Positions 61,008 through 64,000 of a stretch of DNA of 64,000 nt are shown in pieces. A program made the position numbers and the translations under genes. A model generated the notes under the pieces. It searched no databases, was not told the origin of the DNA, and saw only the letters and a program-made list of their open reading frames with translations. Source of the stretch: Schmidtea polychroa (Eukaryota); assembly GCA_044892525.1 (NCBI GenBank), contig CM097885.1:240498001-240562000 (forward strand), given 5' to 3'. Every line of letters starts with the position of its first letter. The stretch's first letter is position 1.

Positions 61008-62490
61008 TTAACTCTCAGCTGAAAACTCCTCAGATCCCCCTTCTTTAAGAAATTTCTTCATCTTTTCAACATTTCTTTGAAACATTTTCCCACTTTGGTC
61101 TTGTAGCAGATATTGGCGATCATGGATCTTCTGCATTATTCTGTATGGTCCTTCGTATCTTTCCTTGTCTTTCGTTCTTGATTCTACTTTTATCAAATCC
61201 TCATCTCCAATATTGAATGATCTCTTTGTCTGCGTTGTTTCTGTTGTATCTTCTTTTTTTGAAATCGTCGCTTTACTATGAAATTGTTCTCGAGTTATTT
61301 TTCTTCCAAATATTACTTCTGCGGGACTTCGTCCAATTGATTTCTGAAATGTTGCATTCATGGTAAATTCAATCTCTGGTATGATCTCTGCCCAAACTGT
61401 TTTACTTTTTTCTTTTAATGATGAATTTATATAGTCTCTTATTGTCCTGAAATGACGTTCTATCACACCATTTGTATTATGGTGATATGGACATGAAAAG
61501 CATAGTGTAATTCCCATTGATTTTGTAAACTCTTTCATCGTCTTAGATTCAAATACTTTCCCACAATCTGTGTGAATTTCCTTTGGTGCTCCAAATCTAA
61601 GAATCCATTTTTGTAGTATTGTTTCCTTCTCCGTTTTCATCCTGTTTAGCGACAGCAGTCAGAGAGATATATCTGCTAAATTGATCAATCATTGCGACTA
61701 TATATTTTTTCTTTCTGAATGTTTCCTGTAATGGGCCACATATATCAGTGTACACTTTTTCCCACGGCTCCTCTGCTGTCATCTTTATTGTCTCTTCCTT
61801 CATCTTTGTTGTCACAGCTTTCGTTTTTTGACATGCCTGGCATTGTCCAATTGTTTCTTTAACTGATTCTTTTATGTCTCCGATATCGTAATTTTCCGCT
61901 AAATATTTTATCATCTTTTCTGCTCCTGCGTGTGATAGCAAAACATGAATACTCTTTATCATTTCTTGTCTTTTTTCTCTAGGTATCCATAAATTACCCT
62001 TTATAGTTTTCACCACGTTGTCTACCAGTATAAATTTCCAACTTGAACCTTGTGCTATTTTCTTTTTTATTTGTTCTATTTCTGTATTATTTTTTTGCCA
62101 CTTATAATCTTCAGCTTTTTCCATCTTGTTTATTCTTCGGGTTTTCATTCTTTCCACTTTCGCGTCTTCGTGTGCCAATAAACATTGTGTGCATGTTCCA
62201 CATGTACTCTTTGTCAACATATCTGCATTTGCATGATCAGTACCTTTCCTATACTCTATTTTAATATCCAGACTACTGAGGTAGTTAATCCATGTCTGAA
62301 ATTCCGTTGTTATTGGTTTCTTTGTGGATAGCATAAACGTGATAGCTTTATGGTCCGTTCTCAAAATGAACCGTTTTCCATATAAATAATGATTGAAGTG
62401 TTGACAAAAATAATAGATTGCCAGCAACTCTTTCCTTGTTATGCAATATCCCTTTTCATGATTGTTCATTGCATGAGAACCGTATGCTAA
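61008..62490 (-). mobile_element. Ty3/Gypsy pol remnant (RNase H, Zn-binding region, integrase, PPT)
   Basis: YCITRKELLAIY..LYGKRFILRTDHKAI..HANAD; HAG..CQACQ; DICGP..IDQFSR; then a frameshift to IHTDCGKVFES..PYHHNTNGVIER..YEGPYRI. PPT AAAGAAGGGGGA at the ORF end. Confidence 0.92.
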
Positions 62491-64000
62491 AAATAATAAG
62501 TTAAAAAAACAAATTATAGTATTTTAAAAGTAATTTTCCTTAATGAATTGCCACACAAACTCCCTGACTAGAACGATGTTAGTTTTCCCTTGCTGGATCC
62601 ATGCTCACAGTTGTTTACATCATTTAATCCACTAATAAACGAAAACCAACTGTATTCGAGATTTTGAGTTGTGATATATTATTTTCATCATATTTATTTA
62701 AATATCAAAACATTTTGAATATAATATGCCTAAAAACACTGCGTAATTTATTGGAAATTTAACGATAATTGATAATAAATTATAATTCTTAAATTTCCGT
62801 ACTTCGGTGGATTTCATTTTTTATGTTCAATAAATATATTTCGACAGCGTCATAATAGTTTGTAAATATTTTGATCATAATTTCACTTTGATATTATTTT
62901 GTGTTCTTTGAACTCGGGTTCACAAATTAATCGTATGTTTTAAAAAAATAAATGATCGTTTGTTATTTACTATAATTTCAACGGATCTGGTGAAAGGTTT
63001 TCTAGGTTGTTTTTGTAATCTATAGTGTTAATCAAAATTTAAATATCACATCATAATTTTTGATGGTAAAATCTATTTTAGTATTTGGGTGTCAACGTGA
63101 TGGTTTAAAGAATGTTGCACTAAATTAGCCTTATTTTCAATTGAATTATATATCAATGTCCGATGTGCTGTGCTTATTTATTCATTCAGACATGATTAGT
63201 AATTTTGTTCTTTTCATATCATCGAATGTAATGATCACGGATAATTTACGAAATTAATTATCTTATAGTTTTCATGGTTCTATTATTGTGAATCACACCT
63301 CTAATTTAAAAGCCGATGTAATAAAGTACAAAATAATTTGTTTTAATTCTTTCCAGGAGTGAATTTTTTATATGATATTAGTTTAAAATTTAGTAAAGTT
63401 TAGTAATTCCTTGAATAAAATGTTAAATTAAGTAATAATAATTTTAAAATGATATCTCCAAATTGATACGAAGAAAAAAAGAATACATTTGTTTAATAAA
63501 ATAGTTATTTTATATTCGAATTTTGTAATTAATTTATCATTCAGTATGTTATCTATAAAAGTCTTTCAACGAAAAGTATATACAACCACTCTGCTTATAT
63601 GAGAAAATTAATTTATATATTATGCAAAGGATTATGTTATTTTAAATAAGTGTTTTTCTATCGTAAATATAATCTTCATGTAAAAGTCAATGTTTAGCAA
63701 ATGTACTGAAATGAATATTGTTAGAAGCTATAGCATTCAATTCTTCTGTCATCAAATAAATTACTAAGACTAATTAATTTATATTAAATAATTAAATATT
63801 AATTAAATAAATTATTATTAATTAAATAAATTCAAAATTATATTTCATTAAATCTGCTTATATAAACATATGTTCTTGGGACATTTTCTTTTTATAAATT
63901 TTAATTTCAACCAAATATCAACATACCACATTCATACTTGAATTGCAATTTTATTAAAAATTATTTTATTTCAAAATTAATATTAAAATATTCTTTTTAA

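Noticed and set aside
56481-64000. Remaining UXS1 exons (G.QTR.FQY.. region)
   Set aside because: Not found by eye. Most likely beyond the window edge given the gene's large introns, so not treated as evidence of truncation.

Overview
Very AT-rich eukaryotic (metazoan) genomic DNA with spliceosomal introns that are either 40-72 nt or TE-expanded, plus two scaffold N-gaps (14888-15027, 31846-31975). The overall style is planarian/triclad-like, but that is inference only. Three host genes can be reconstructed exon by exon. Two are RECQL/RecQ1-type helicase paralogs arranged head-to-head: copy A on the minus strand from 9384 to beyond the left edge, with canonical motifs, and copy B on the plus strand at 17133-33637, 616 aa with an intact frame. 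The third is UXS1 (UDP-glucuronate decarboxylase; plus strand from 35075, continuing past the right edge). The rest is transposon debris (Penelope-like, Gypsy/LTR, hAT, piggyBac, mariner, Tigger/pogo, MULE) and retro-pseudogenes (actin, an AAMP-like WD40 fragment). Most notable observations: (1) RecQ copy B keeps its ATP-binding motifs but has lost the conserved aromatic-loop Trp (SQWGHDFRP to SELSHDFRQ) and the YHA motif, so it may be a helicase-uncoupled paralog; (2) a 125-bp tract over motifs V-VI is 100% identical between the otherwise diverged paralogs, consistent with gene conversion, and a GC-AG intron is present only in copy B; (3) the 3' end of a probable giant LTR retroelement (44.1-52.1 kb, 3.8-kb LTR) inside a UXS1 intron carries a cargo cassette with a TRAF gene ending in a hydrophobic tail anchor, two coiled-coil ORFs and a signal-peptide/TM ORF; (4) three families of minimal hammerhead-ribozyme motifs, two with U3:A8 covariation, mostly in Penelope-type termini; (5) a near-perfect 560-bp-arm inverted repeat in an intron of RecQ copy B. 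Everything was read by eye; no searches were run.
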